Below, one piece after another: positions 9,912 to 20,281 of a DNA stretch of 64,000 nt (its first letter is position 1; each line of letters begins with the position of its first letter). This DNA is from a virus, in IMG/VR virus record IMGVR_UViG_3300039183_000005, positions 96,001 through 160,000 of that record, one strand, 5' to 3'. The notes below the pieces were generated by a model. That model was not told the DNA's origin. It ran no database searches and saw nothing but the letters and a program-made list of their open reading frames with translations. A program made the position numbers and the translations under genes.

Positions 9912-10513
9912 TAACCTAATTTACTTCTTTTACCACGAAGACATTTTGAACACTTTTGACCCATTTCACCATCTGGTCTGTCGGATTCAAATATTTCTTC
10001 ACACTCATTACATTTAACCTTATAGGTTTCCATCGACCTTCGTTTGAGTTTCAATTTATTTTTCTTGGCTTTTTCTGCTTTAATTTTATTGTGTTCTACC
10101 TCTTCTGAACTTGGATTGTTTGTAATAAACCTAACACCATCGGTTTTCTTTTGTATTACTGTCTTTTTATTATCATCAAGTTGAAGAGTTGAATCGTTTG
10201 CGTCTAAAATAATTTCCTTCTTTATTTTTTTCTTCCCACTCGTTTTGGGCCGACCGCGTTTTTTTCTTTTTGGTTGTTTAGGTTCTACAATTATTGAGTG
10301 TACAATGGTTTCTTCTGTCGGTAAAGCTTCAGAAGCTATATTAACAATTTGCTGTAAAACATTATGTAACTGCTGTGTTTGATTAGATTGCTCAGAGTAT
10401 AACTGTTCTGCCGGTAACGACAAAGCTATCCCGGTTAATCGTTCATAACCTTTACAAACAGTTTCCCAATTACCTTGACGTATACCTTCTGCAATATATT
10501 CAATTGGACTCAT
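9911..10513 (-). CDS. Hypothetical protein with AT-hook-like KRGRPK and C-terminal Zn ribbon
   Basis: Coupled ORF; KKRGRPK; CxxC...CxxC. Confidence 0.65.
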   Translation of the reverse strand: MSPIEYIAEGIRQGNWETVCKGYERLTGIALSLPAEQLYSEQSNQTQQLHNVLQQIVNIASEALPTEETIVHSIIVEPKQPKRKKRGRPKTSGKKKIKKEIILDANDSTLQLDDNKKTVIQKKTDGVRFITNNPSSEEVEHNKIKAEKAKKNKLKLKRRSMETYKVKCNECEEIFESDRPDGEMGQKCSKCLRGKRSKLG

Positions 10514-10929
10514 CGATTGTTTCCTTCATTATATCTGGCCCTTATTAGACTGCCAATACTTTGTCCTATCAGTTCTATCCTACGAGCTAAATATGCTATA
10601 CGTTCTATCCTTAATTCCGCCAATCGCACCCATTGATTTAATTTTGGACGATCATCTCCGAACAGGCGATTTATCACTTGATTCGACCATTTTATAAATG
10701 TCTGACATTCATTGGCTTTTTGTTGTATAAACAACGCATATTGTGCTAAAATAACTGTATCTTCTGATAATTGTATAGACGATCGTTCTCTAAGTTTTTC
10801 TCTCGTAAATTCTAAAATAGTTTCTACTTCTGTGCTGGATGGCCGATATTGTGGCAATCCCAGAGATTTAATCCATTCATCAATTTGATCTCGATATTTT
10901 TTTTTCTCATCGATTAAACTACTCATCAT
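10510..10929 (-). CDS. Hypothetical helical protein
   Basis: Coupled ORF in operon. Confidence 0.6.
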   Translation of the reverse strand: MMSSLIDEKKKYRDQIDEWIKSLGLPQYRPSSTEVETILEFTREKLRERSSIQLSEDTVILAQYALFIQQKANECQTFIKWSNQVINRLFGDDRPKLNQWVRLAELRIERIAYLARRIELIGQSIGSLIRARYNEGNNR

Positions 10930-11278
10930 AAATCTCTATAAGTTTAAATCCATTAAGATTACACCAGTCACGTTTTTTTTGATCAATATCTTGTTGGCGA
11001 TGAAAATCTTGTTTGGTTGCATGAAAATGTTTAATATGTTTAGTGTGTTGTCTACCATGACATTCTATTATCAAATTAATGGATGGTATAAAAAAATCAA
11101 GAATAAAATTATCTCCAGGAATTATTACCTCTTCGTAAATCATATCATGAGGATATTGAGACATTAATTGTTGGCCAATATTATGTTGAAATTTTGATTT
11201 TGATTTTTCTCTTGTGCGAATAAGCTTATTTTTCAAACGTAATCTGACTGTTCCCCCGTTTAATAATTTTACTTCCAT
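10919..11278 (-). CDS. DUF559/Vsr-like endonuclease
   Basis: LDFFIP..IIECHGRQH...D..K..WC..NG..LIEI. Confidence 0.7.
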   Translation of the reverse strand: MEVKLLNGGTVRLRLKNKLIRTREKSKSKFQHNIGQQLMSQYPHDMIYEEVIIPGDNFILDFFIPSINLIIECHGRQHTKHIKHFHATKQDFHRQQDIDQKKRDWCNLNGFKLIEIYDE

Positions 11279-11280
11279 AG

Positions 11281-11835
11281 TTACACTGCGATATCTTTAT
11301 CATTAAATTTAGTCATCAAACCTATCATACCATTATACAAAACACATTCTATCCCGGCTTCATACATCATTTTCCATGCATATCTTATTGATTCTACCCA
11401 AGTATTATGCGATGATGCTATAGCCATAAGTTGAGCATGGCCCACCACTCGTCTAATTCCAGCTTCTATAATAGCTTTAGCGCATTCCGAACACGCATAA
11501 AATGGGCAATACAAAATGGCATTATTGGTCGATTTGCCATGGCGAGCCGCGTTGAATATAGCGCCATTTTCTGCATGTATTATCGTTTGTAATTTTATTG
11601 ATCTATTATCGAGACGAGATATTGTTTCTTTTACGCCGATAGGAAATTTGTTTGTTGAATATGTAATAATTTTATTATTTGATCCTACTAATATTGCTCC
11701 ATTTTTTGTTCTTGGATCAGGACTCATAGCATTACCGTGTGTATATGCAAGACGCAAAAAGTGTCCATCATCGCTCCTAGTGCTAACAGCGAATGGTGTC
11801 TGTAACCAGTTGAGTTGTTCCATGAGATTGTCCAT
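11281..11835 (-). CDS. dCMP deaminase
   Basis: HAENGAI, ACSECAKAII zinc-deaminase motifs. Confidence 0.85.
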   Translation of the reverse strand: MDNLMEQLNWLQTPFAVSTRSDDGHFLRLAYTHGNAMSPDPRTKNGAILVGSNNKIITYSTNKFPIGVKETISRLDNRSIKLQTIIHAENGAIFNAARHGKSTNNAILYCPFYACSECAKAIIEAGIRRVVGHAQLMAIASSHNTWVESIRYAWKMMYEAGIECVLYNGMIGLMTKFNDKDIAV

Positions 11836-11848
11836 TTTATTTTCCTTA

Positions 11849-12892
11849 TTATTGTGAAAATATTGTATTTCTTATTTCTGTCTCTATTATTTTTAGTTCA
11901 TTGTGTTTACTTTCTTTTAGAAAATTAGAAAGTTTAGCTAATCCGTGAAACTTAGGACAACTTTTCCCATTGTCAGACGCAAGCATAGGAATAGAATACC
12001 ATGCACCGGCTTTTTCAATTAATCCAAGATTTTCTGCTACCGTTATAACATCTCTTATAACATCGATACCGCTACCATATCTGAGGGGTAATATACATGG
12101 TAAGAATGGTCGTCCTAACGCGGATGATTGAATTGTAATATGCATATCATGACCGTCTGGAGCATTAGTTTCTTCATTCCGCTCCCATTGTTGTGCCCAT
12201 GTCACTTTTAGCCAAACAGAACATGCATATTGAATAGCAACTCCACCCTTTTCTATATATTTTGGACCACGAGGTTCTCTATTTGTCATCATCTGTGATA
12301 TAAAAATAAGTATTATATTATTTGCATCTACGATCTGTTGTGCTCGACGAAAAAATGCTGATAGTAATTTCGCTGGTCCAGCCATATCTTTATTTGATCC
12401 GATTTGTTCTTCTTGTTCTGTCATCGTTGAAAGTGCAGCAAGACTATCAACAACTATAACAGCTTTTTTTTGAGTTTTCACAATGCGCTCTATAATATTA
12501 AGATAATCTTCTGCTGTAAGTGGTTTATCTATCTGATGTGGAACTACCTGCAATTTATGCTGATTAAGTCCCTGAATAGTTGACAACAGTGATGGTGTAC
12601 ATCTCTTTTCAGCATTAATATAAAATGTTGGACGATTGAGAATTTGTGCATTTCTAAGCAACTCTAAACAAAGAGTAGTTTTGCCGATTTTTTGTTTACC
12701 GGTGATAAGACATATAGTTCCATCGGGAATACCGCCGTTTAATGCAATATCCAAAGAAAGCGGAGTATTTAAAACCTCTTTAGTTCTTGGTGGCATGGCC
12801 TTATCTGCCGTTGCAATAATACCTTCTCCATACATTCTCTTTAGAAAATCATCAAGAGATTCCTCGATAACTTTAGATTTACCTTTAGCCAT
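11849..12892 (-). CDS. recA: RecA-family recombinase
   Basis: SLDIALNGGIP, GKQKIGKTT, INAE, VVDSLAAL, ISQ, GG.A..Y, GAWY. Confidence 0.9.
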   Translation of the reverse strand: MAKGKSKVIEESLDDFLKRMYGEGIIATADKAMPPRTKEVLNTPLSLDIALNGGIPDGTICLITGKQKIGKTTLCLELLRNAQILNRPTFYINAEKRCTPSLLSTIQGLNQHKLQVVPHQIDKPLTAEDYLNIIERIVKTQKKAVIVVDSLAALSTMTEQEEQIGSNKDMAGPAKLLSAFFRRAQQIVDANNIILIFISQMMTNREPRGPKYIEKGGVAIQYACSVWLKVTWAQQWERNEETNAPDGHDMHITIQSSALGRPFLPCILPLRYGSGIDVIRDVITVAENLGLIEKAGAWYSIPMLASDNGKSCPKFHGLAKLSNFLKESKHNELKIIETEIRNTIFSQ

Positions 12893-13355
12893 TTTCCGCT
12901 TCTCTCAATTTTGTTAACACATTTTTTTCACCAGTATCTACGAAAGTGGCATTTTTCTTTTGATCAATTTCTTTATGTGGTGATTTTTGAGCCAATGTCG
13001 TTCGTTGTTCGTTTAATTGTCCTATCCTAATATTTGTAAGTCTAATAACTTTGTTTATTGTTTTTTTGGAAACAAGTGCTTTTATGTTATATTCTTTTAT
13101 AATTTGAATTAATGCTGTTCTAGTAATAATATCAGTAAAATCTAATGATTTATTAAGATTCGATATTCCACGTATTTCTCGCTTATATTTAGGTGCCCAA
13201 TATTTTTTGTCTGACCAAAATCTAGCGCTAATTCTTGGGTTTGTATTGAGACATACCAATTCTATGATATAATTGCGAAATGTAACGTATAACCCAGGTG
13301 TAGTTGGGGAAGCATATTGATGTTTATCGTCTTTAGATTGATTTCGTACTGCCAC
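12885..13355 (-). CDS. Hypothetical protein
   Basis: Coupled ORF in operon. Confidence 0.6.
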   Translation of the reverse strand: MAVRNQSKDDKHQYASPTTPGLYVTFRNYIIELVCLNTNPRISARFWSDKKYWAPKYKREIRGISNLNKSLDFTDIITRTALIQIIKEYNIKALVSKKTINKVIRLTNIRIGQLNEQRTTLAQKSPHKEIDQKKNATFVDTGEKNVLTKLREAENG

Positions 13356-13780
13356 TAAAGATTCCGTATTAAAAAGAAGCCTGAATTAGAAACTGTACGA
13401 TCTTCGGTAAACGAATGATCAAAGCTAGGCTGTCGATACCAAGCGACATTAACCTTTTGCCCATCATAATAACCTATGCCTAAATATTCGTGCTGTGCGC
13501 CATTCCAGATAGCATATCTTTTTCGACCAAAAAAATACCCCTTTTGATTAGGTGGCATTGTAATGTTTACACCGTTAGGTGCCTGAAGTCTCAGTTCTGT
13601 AATAGCAATACTCGGATTATCTTTTATCCATTCGGCGAGTCTCGCCCAAGCGTGCCTTTGGTTTGGACGATTATCCTGAATTACTGTCCGACCATTTGAC
13701 AAAGAGGCTAAAAATCGTATCTTAGGTGTATAAGGTACGACAGCAAATGATAACTTATTGTCATTTATAGTATTATCCAT
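13355..13780 (-). CDS. Hypothetical protein
   Basis: Coupled ORF; start moved to ATG 13780. Confidence 0.6.
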   Translation of the reverse strand: MDNTINDNKLSFAVVPYTPKIRFLASLSNGRTVIQDNRPNQRHAWARLAEWIKDNPSIAITELRLQAPNGVNITMPPNQKGYFFGRKRYAIWNGAQHEYLGIGYYDGQKVNVAWYRQPSFDHSFTEDRTVSNSGFFLIRNL

Positions 13781-14105
13781 CTTTGTTTTGTCCATATGGT
13801 GAACGACCCAATTGTTCATCTGCCCTTGCTGATTCTGGAGATGTCATGGCGTGAACACCTTTGCCAATATTTAACCCCTTACGACCGTCTGGTGGCTTAA
13901 TACACATGACACTATCACTCATAGGATTAGATTTCGACGGACCTTTTGAATCCTTTTCTGTGGTTGCACTGGAGACAAAAGTCTCAAATTTGGCCACTGC
14001 TTTGTCAATAAAAGCCTGTCTTGTCTTTGCCGTCTTGCGGCCAAGATTTACGGTCGAATTTTCCAAAAATTTTAAAAAATCTTCTTTAAATTCATCGAAT
14101 GTCAT
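13773..14105 (-). CDS. Hypothetical protein
   Basis: Coupled ORF. Confidence 0.6.
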   Translation of the reverse strand: MTFDEFKEDFLKFLENSTVNLGRKTAKTRQAFIDKAVAKFETFVSSATTEKDSKGPSKSNPMSDSVMCIKPPDGRKGLNIGKGVHAMTSPESARADEQLGRSPYGQNKDG

Positions 14106-14403
14106 TTCTAAATCTCCTTTGTGCTAAGATATATGGGGTTCTATTCCGACTTCTCAAAAATGCCGTATACTGTTGATAACACTCATGGCTACATGTCCTA
14201 AGCTTCCAAAACATTCCACCACGTTCCCTATCTCGTTTATGTAAATTACTATTTGTTTCTAGCGGATCAAATAGGTCTCCATCATTAGAAGCTAAAACTA
14301 AAAATCTAGTCCCAGATCGCTTAGCCAAAATATCAAAATTTTGTTTCGCATTTTTTGCAATCTCATGTGGTGTACCATTGATGTCAACAACAATTATTTT
14401 CAC
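14092..14403 (-). CDS. Hypothetical protein
   Basis: Coupled ORF. Confidence 0.6.
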   Translation of the reverse strand: MKIIVVDINGTPHEIAKNAKQNFDILAKRSGTRFLVLASNDGDLFDPLETNSNLHKRDRERGGMFWKLRTCSHECYQQYTAFLRSRNRTPYILAQRRFRNDIR

Positions 14404-14726
14404 TTATTCCACGCCTTAAATAAAACATCTGCTTCTGGAGCATCAATATCATTATCTAGGATATCAAATCCCATTTGATCACTAGGCGCACCTGGATGAA
14501 ATTGTCCAGGAATTTGTTTTACATATGAAAAGCCATTACATTCACAGCACTTTACTGCCACACGTGTTAAGACTTCCGTTTTATTACTCCCGTCAACGGT
14601 GGTTAACTGAAGTACTAAAAGTCTTTTCCCACAGTCGGCACAATCAAAATCAATTAAACCTCTACTTTGTAATCCTTTAAGTTGCTTATCATCTCCGTTA
14701 ACTTGATTTGTTCGAATCTCTGCCAT
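14400..14726 (-). CDS. Hypothetical zinc-ribbon protein
   Basis: CADC...CCEC; coupled ORF. Confidence 0.6.
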   Translation of the reverse strand: MAEIRTNQVNGDDKQLKGLQSRGLIDFDCADCGKRLLVLQLTTVDGSNKTEVLTRVAVKCCECNGFSYVKQIPGQFHPGAPSDQMGFDILDNDIDAPEADVLFKAWNK

Positions 14727-15040
14727 TAATCTATTTCTCCATATTCTATATATTTTTTCGGATTTTTCAGCACACTCTTATTTATTGGTCCATCTCGCCA
14801 AAATGGTTTTTCATTCTTGTTTTTCCCCTCGCTTAGTCTATCGAGTTTCTTTTTATTACTTCTACCTCCGTGACACGGTGTCTCGGTCCCTTTAATAATT
14901 ACAGCACCACCAATACCTATTAATTTTATTAATTCATGTCTATGACAATCTGGACATTCAATCAATGGTTCGGCGGACATAGCGTGAAATGTCTCAAACG
15001 TGTAACCGCAAGCTTTACATTCGTACTCATAGGTTGGCAT
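14726..15040 (-). CDS. FmdB-family zinc ribbon protein
   Basis: MPTYEYECKACG..FE...CPDC signature. Confidence 0.85.
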   Translation of the reverse strand: MPTYEYECKACGYTFETFHAMSAEPLIECPDCHRHELIKLIGIGGAVIIKGTETPCHGGRSNKKKLDRLSEGKNKNEKPFWRDGPINKSVLKNPKKYIEYGEID

Positions 15041-15045
15041 GTATT

Positions 15046-15072
15046 ATTATACCTCCAAATAACTATTTTGTT
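15046..15072 (-). promoter_or_regulatory. Putative phage promoter AACAAA-N14-GTATAAT (copy 1)
   Basis: Same motif and spacing at four gene-upstream sites; ATG 5 nt after the -10 box. Confidence 0.65.
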
Positions 15073-15124
15073 TCATAAAAATCTTTTTTTTATAAAAATA
15101 GCATGACACACAAGGTATGGATTG

Positions 15125-15547
15125 TCATCGTCGTTTTTTTGAACATTTTCCACTTTTTCTATTAAATACTTCGTTTACTAAAGCATCTGCGCATTTGTTT
15201 TCTCGTCGTGGAACCCATTTGATTGTGTGGTCTTCGAATTGTTCTAACAGTTCTAGCACACAATCTCTGTGTTTTATAAGTTCTGGTTTATTGGTTTTAA
15301 AAGCCATGGTAACTTGTTTTATTACCAATTGACTATCGCCAATAATATGAACGATATCTACTCCAGCTTTTAAACATCCTCGTAGGCCAGCAATAAGGGC
15401 TCTGTATTCGCTAACATTTGATGATCCAGTCCCACATGTTTTATTCCCCGATGCTATAACTTCTCGATCATCTATTGACGTTAAAATCCAGCCATATACC
15501 ATTTGCCCTCGCCTAACACCTCCGTCAAAATGTAAAATACATTCCAA
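15125..15547 (-). CDS. rnhA: Ribonuclease HI
   Basis: FDGG, SNVSEY.ALI.GL, GDSQLV, WVPRRENKCADAL. Confidence 0.9.
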   Translation of the reverse strand: MECILHFDGGVRRGQMVYGWILTSIDDREVIASGNKTCGTGSSNVSEYRALIAGLRGCLKAGVDIVHIIGDSQLVIKQVTMAFKTNKPELIKHRDCVLELLEQFEDHTIKWVPRRENKCADALVNEVFNRKSGKCSKKRR

Positions 15548-15560
15548 TACAATTTACCTT

Positions 15561-15701
15561 TCATTTGAGTAATTTACTTGATGCTATTGTTTCATTTCCG
15601 CAATCACATTTACAAAGCCATAGAATTCTTTTATCTTTGTTCTTTCCATGTGCCTTGATAGCAGTCAACCTGCCAAACTTTTTTTCTGTTAAATCTATCA
15701 A
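15561..15701 (-). pseudogene. Truncated remnant of an HNH-endonuclease N-terminal domain
   Basis: Manual translation LIDLTEKKFGRLTAIK...WLCKCDCGNE..* matches the N-terminus of 29059..29706 (LIDLTGKRFGRL...WLCRCDCGKE). Confidence 0.7.
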
Positions 15702-16651
15702 AACGGAGTCTCCCCATCTTCAACTTCAGTTTTCGCGCCACTACACATATCTTTGAAGAAACATCTTTCACATGCATGTTCGTTATCTGTTTTGGAAAAA
15801 TAATCCGGATTATCTTTGTTTTCAAATGCTTCTTTAAGGAGTGGATATTCACTACGTATGATACCAGCTTGTCTTTTTATGTGTTGCATGGTTACATTAA
15901 GGTGTGGTGCCGCCCGTTCCCCAAGCTCTGCATATGCGGCTAGATATACTGGAATGATTATAATATCTTCTGGCTTTTTCGCCCATCCTTGTTTGAGTGC
16001 ATACATACTATATGTCGTTAATTGATCTATTGCACTATCGCTGACACGACCGGTTTTCCAATCTAAAAGATATACTTTTCCACGATACCGAAATCCACAG
16101 TCAATTTTTACACTTACTTCTTCACCTGTGTTTAATTGGAATTTTTGGAAGTCCTCAAGAGTCAGCCAATCATCCTTATCTAGACTCTGTAAAATTTCGA
16201 ACAACGGTATATTATAGAACGCTTTTATGGACGCCAGAACTTTATGTTTGTAGCTATCTAGGCGGTCTTTGGAAATTTCTTCTTGATAGAAATGTTCTGC
16301 TAGGTTAACATTTTGCTTTGGACTACTATGCCATCTCTTATCTTTTGACTGCTTCCAACCTTTACGAAGTGCTTGGATACCATCGTGTTGTGCTTGCTCA
16401 AGCGTTCTCCATTTTCCCGTTTGACGACCAGTTGTAATGATGCCTTCAATAATATTGTGAACTACGGAGCCGACGAACATTGGAAGATTGGTCATGTTTT
16501 TTAGCATATATGCTCGACGTTTTTCTTGCGGTGCGTTAGTTAACCACCCATTCCACGCAACGTGATACGTTAGATGATATCTCCATAAACATTCGCGGAG
16601 ACATCTCACTCTTGATTCACTCCATGCATATGTTTGTTCTATTTTACTCAT
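15698..16651 (-). CDS. PD-(D/E)XK nuclease family protein
   Basis: WSESR...C, GSVVH, VKID, LDWKTG, QLxxY, CxxC...C. Confidence 0.85.
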   Translation of the reverse strand: MSKIEQTYAWSESRVRCLRECLWRYHLTYHVAWNGWLTNAPQEKRRAYMLKNMTNLPMFVGSVVHNIIEGIITTGRQTGKWRTLEQAQHDGIQALRKGWKQSKDKRWHSSPKQNVNLAEHFYQEEISKDRLDSYKHKVLASIKAFYNIPLFEILQSLDKDDWLTLEDFQKFQLNTGEEVSVKIDCGFRYRGKVYLLDWKTGRVSDSAIDQLTTYSMYALKQGWAKKPEDIIIIPVYLAAYAELGERAAPHLNVTMQHIKRQAGIIRSEYPLLKEAFENKDNPDYFSKTDNEHACERCFFKDMCSGAKTEVEDGETPF

Positions 16652-16773
16652 TATCTTAACTTTCTATCGACAATATTTGCATTTAACAGTTCTATTCTCT
16701 CCACAAGTGGCCTGAGCACAACTAGCTTCATCGTCTACTATTCGCATAGATCACATTTACAAATTTTCATTTT

Positions 16774-17277
16774 TTATCCTTTGCAATATCGCCACGATCT
16801 TCCACATTTAATATCGGAGATAGTCATTCGAGCAACACCAAAAATATCAGCAATTTGTCTCTGTAATAAATTGCCTTTTAGCAATAATTCTTTTATTTGC
16901 ATAACTTGTTTTGTTGTTAATTTTGATTTTCCATTTCTTTGACCCCTATTTGTTCTCTTGTGTCGTATTTTATCTCGCTCATTATCACGGCGTGTTCCCC
17001 AAGTTAAATTATCGACATAATTATTTTGCTTATCTCCGTCCAAATGTCGTACTTCATAATTGGCTGTTGGTGGGAAGCCGATAAAAGCAAAAGCTACTAA
17101 ACGGTGTATTCTACAATATTTTCTGTTGTTATTAGCTCTTAGGTCTACTAAACAATATCCGTTTGATATACGCGGTTTTAATATTTTTCCAGTTTGTATC
17201 CTTTTCACATGACCGATATTAGATACTTCATAATAATTTTCGTATCCAATGATTGGTTTCCAAATTTCTCTATTCAT
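16774..17277 (-). CDS. NUMOD4-HNH homing endonuclease with C-terminal HTH
   Basis: WKPIIGYENYYEVSNIG, HRLVA, HLDGDKQNN..NL.W. Confidence 0.88.
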   Translation of the reverse strand: MNREIWKPIIGYENYYEVSNIGHVKRIQTGKILKPRISNGYCLVDLRANNNRKYCRIHRLVAFAFIGFPPTANYEVRHLDGDKQNNYVDNLTWGTRRDNERDKIRHKRTNRGQRNGKSKLTTKQVMQIKELLLKGNLLQRQIADIFGVARMTISDIKCGRSWRYCKG

Positions 17278-17307
17278 TCAATATCTACCAATATGTAATT
17301 TTATTAA

Positions 17308-18495
17308 CTAGTCAACCCAAATTGGTGCTTCTACAGTTTTCCCGTGTTTAGGATGTACCAAGAAAAATGTTTGTTGCGGTTTTTCAAACGGCGCTTTTAT
17401 ATTGATACTATATGGTCCATATCCGATAATAGACCCATTCCCAACGAAATTCTTGGCAGACAATCTTTGATGCCAATGGCCAAAAACGTCGATATCTGCT
17501 TTCCTACCCTTGTTCCATTCCGCAATGGCCTTATTGAGTGGAATGGTAATTCCTCCAACACCACCAGCATAACGAATATAATTACCATGATGAAACCTTA
17601 AATTATATCCATACACATTGAGGTAATTAAAATATCCTCTAGATAACTTAAATTCTACAGTATCAGATTGTTCATAATGAGACATGAGGAAGTTATATAT
17701 CAACCATTCAAAACTGTTTTCTACGCTGGTTGAAATTCTGATTTTTTTCGTTGTCCTACCATGATTTCCAATACTTGTAACTATAATTATCTTTTTAAAG
17801 CCACCATGTTCCACTAGAAAATTTATAGCAGAAATACACATTTTATAAACACCGATACTGGCTTCAACGGGAGATAGTGCGTTGCCCTCTATCAAATCTT
17901 CGTGGATATAACCACTAATTAAATCTCCACCAAGCCATAAAACTAAAGTATTAATATCTGACTTGCTTCTGCACATTTCAATTAGTTTTAGTCCATTCGT
18001 AAAAATATTATTGAATCTTTTTCCAGCTATTTCAATATTATATTCATTCAAGCCGTCTACCGTTTTCGGATCGACAGTTTCTTCGTAGTGTAAGTCTGAA
18101 CAACATAATACTGCGGTTGATTCTGATGATTTGCCATTTCTTACCACTTTGATTTCTTTGTGATTAATAAATTCCATATTTCTGCTGAACAAATCCATAG
18201 CACTAAGTCGTTGTTTCTGAGTGTCGAATATTCTTAAAAGTTCATCATATTTTCTTTGAAGTTCTCTTTTTTCTTTTGCTATAGATTTTAATTTAGAATC
18301 TAATCCAATTTGTTGGTCTGAAGACAACAATGGTGCTCCTGACACATATCCTTTGTCGATAGCTTTGTGATATCTGCCGCTTAGCGTTTTCCTTGCAATC
18401 CCAGTTTGCTTAGCCGCTTCTGTAATTGACCCGTATTTAGCAACCGCATCTACGGCTTCTTGCAAAATAATACGTTCACTATTCATCTGCATCAA
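17308..18495 (-). CDS. Calcineurin-like metallophosphoesterase with N-terminal HTH and coiled coil
   Basis: SDLH, LGGD, GNHG, HHG, GHWH. Confidence 0.8.
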   Translation of the reverse strand: MMQMNSERIILQEAVDAVAKYGSITEAAKQTGIARKTLSGRYHKAIDKGYVSGAPLLSSDQQIGLDSKLKSIAKEKRELQRKYDELLRIFDTQKQRLSAMDLFSRNMEFINHKEIKVVRNGKSSESTAVLCCSDLHYEETVDPKTVDGLNEYNIEIAGKRFNNIFTNGLKLIEMCRSKSDINTLVLWLGGDLISGYIHEDLIEGNALSPVEASIGVYKMCISAINFLVEHGGFKKIIIVTSIGNHGRTTKKIRISTSVENSFEWLIYNFLMSHYEQSDTVEFKLSRGYFNYLNVYGYNLRFHHGNYIRYAGGVGGITIPLNKAIAEWNKGRKADIDVFGHWHQRLSAKNFVGNGSIIGYGPYSINIKAPFEKPQQTFFLVHPKHGKTVEAPIWVD

Positions 18496-18505
18496 CGCCT
18501 TTCTT

Positions 18506-20281
18506 TTATCCTTCTATGTCGCATATTCCACTCGGGCAATCGTTTATTGCCGCTTCTTCTTTCATCTGCTTTAGGTATTGTTTTGCTTTTTCTAGTGGTA
18601 TTGGTACTAGCGGAGATTTCCCTCGACTGCCATCTCTGTACACAGTAATTCCTTTGAGTTTACCAATATATTGTCTTATTTCTTTCGATAATTTTTCGAC
18701 CGAATAATTAGCCGATAAATTAATTGTCTTTGATATAGAATTATCCACATGTCTTTGACAAATAGCCTGCATTGCTAGGTGATCTTCTGGTACAATATCA
18801 TGGGCACATTGAAAATGTTTTGTATCTCTATTAGTTTCCAAAAACTTTTTTAATAATGGATGCACTACCACTTCGACAGCCCCATCTCTTTTGCCGTTAT
18901 TATGCATATCTTTATGTTTATTAAAACGCCGTTCATAAACTGGTTGAAACAATGGTTCTATGCCAGACGAACAACCAGCCATAATAGATGTTGTACCGGT
19001 AGGAGCAATGCAAAGTAAAGCGCAATTACGAAGACCATGTTCTTTGATAAGACGATGATGTCTTCGCGGAAGACATTTTTTAACAAACCCTGTTTTTATA
19101 TGTTTGTTCGCATCAAATGCGTGAAATGATCCCTTTTCGATTGCCAAAGTAATACTTGCGTGATAAGCCTGTTTTTTTATAAAGTCCATCATTTTATCTA
19201 CGATATCTCTTGCTGCTTGACTAGAATATTTCATACCTAACTCTAATAGCATATCATGAAGACCCATCACCCCAAGACCAATACGACGATGGTTTTCTGA
19301 CGTTTCCTGAATAACTGGAAGTGGATAATTATTTTGATCTAATACGTTATCTAAAAATCGCACACCCATGGCCACTGTTTCTTCTAATAAATCCCAATCA
19401 ATTTTACCATTAATAATATGTGTATGAAGATTAATTGCCCCAAGGCAACAACATCCATATTCTTCCAAAGTTACTTCGCCACATGGATTAGTTGAAGAAA
19501 ATTCTCCACCTGATACATAAGCAATTGTGTTTTGTTCATTGATCAAACTAACATTCAAAAATCCAGGATCACCATTTCTCCATGCATTTTGAATAATTTT
19601 ATTCCAAATATCTTTAACTTCAATTTTCCCTCTTTCTTCTCCATGCCACCTGAAAACTATTTCACCATCCTCATCCAACAGTTTAAGAAATTCATTGTCA
19701 ATAAGTACAGAAATGTTGGCATTATTCAATTCTTTATTGTCAAGTTTTGCTTCTAAAAATTCCAACAAATCAGGGTGTCTCCAATCCAAACAATAAAGTA
19801 GAGCTGATCTCCTACCTCCTCCCTCCCTCAACTCATTGCAAATACCATTAATTGCCCTCATTAAACTAACTGAACCAGTAGCCTCACCGCCCGTACCTCT
19901 GATTTTAGTACCTCTTGGTCTTATTTTCGAAAAATTAAGTCCAACGCCGCCACCGGTGCCAGAAATAATAGTGACATTTCGTAGAGCATCCCCCCATCCT
20001 TCTCGACTATCATTAACAGGAATCACAAAGCAACCAAGCATTTGTCCTCTTGGTCGTCCAGCGCCTCTCCAAATTCTACCGCCAGGAGAGAAACGATTTG
20101 TTTGTAATATGTCTAAAAATCTCGTAAAATATTCATCTCGCTTAGTTCCCATCTCTGCATCTGCAATCGTACGAGCGACACGTTCACATGCTTGGGAAAA
20201 TGTTTCTTCTTCGTGAATAGCGTATCTATCTTGAAAAATCTTTAAGGCAAATCCTTGCGGTGAATATTTTGCGATACTCAA
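18506..20281 (-). CDS. nrdJ: Class II (adenosylcobalamin-dependent) ribonucleotide reductase
   Basis: PGGR, GGGVG..FS..RP, GG.RRSA, TNPCGE, RRIGLGVMG, APTGT, SKTIN, KGITVYRDGSR; no beta subunit nearby. Confidence 0.88.
   Translation of the reverse strand: MSIAKYSPQGFALKIFQDRYAIHEEETFSQACERVARTIADAEMGTKRDEYFTRFLDILQTNRFSPGGRIWRGAGRPRGQMLGCFVIPVNDSREGWGDALRNVTIISGTGGGVGLNFSKIRPRGTKIRGTGGEATGSVSLMRAINGICNELREGGGRRSALLYCLDWRHPDLLEFLEAKLDNKELNNANISVLIDNEFLKLLDEDGEIVFRWHGEERGKIEVKDIWNKIIQNAWRNGDPGFLNVSLINEQNTIAYVSGGEFSSTNPCGEVTLEEYGCCCLGAINLHTHIINGKIDWDLLEETVAMGVRFLDNVLDQNNYPLPVIQETSENHRRIGLGVMGLHDMLLELGMKYSSQAARDIVDKMMDFIKKQAYHASITLAIEKGSFHAFDANKHIKTGFVKKCLPRRHHRLIKEHGLRNCALLCIAPTGTTSIMAGCSSGIEPLFQPVYERRFNKHKDMHNNGKRDGAVEVVVHPLLKKFLETNRDTKHFQCAHDIVPEDHLAMQAICQRHVDNSISKTINLSANYSVEKLSKEIRQYIGKLKGITVYRDGSRGKSPLVPIPLEKAKQYLKQMKEEAAINDCPSGICDIEG

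Noticed and set aside
5673-16651. Cas4 / CRISPR-Cas locus
   Set aside because: The two PD-(D/E)XK nucleases sit in the replication block; no cas1/cas2 and no repeat-spacer array was seen
16651-16770. Short MKICKCDLCE** frame as another read-through case
   Set aside because: Too short, with two consecutive stops and no recognisable family
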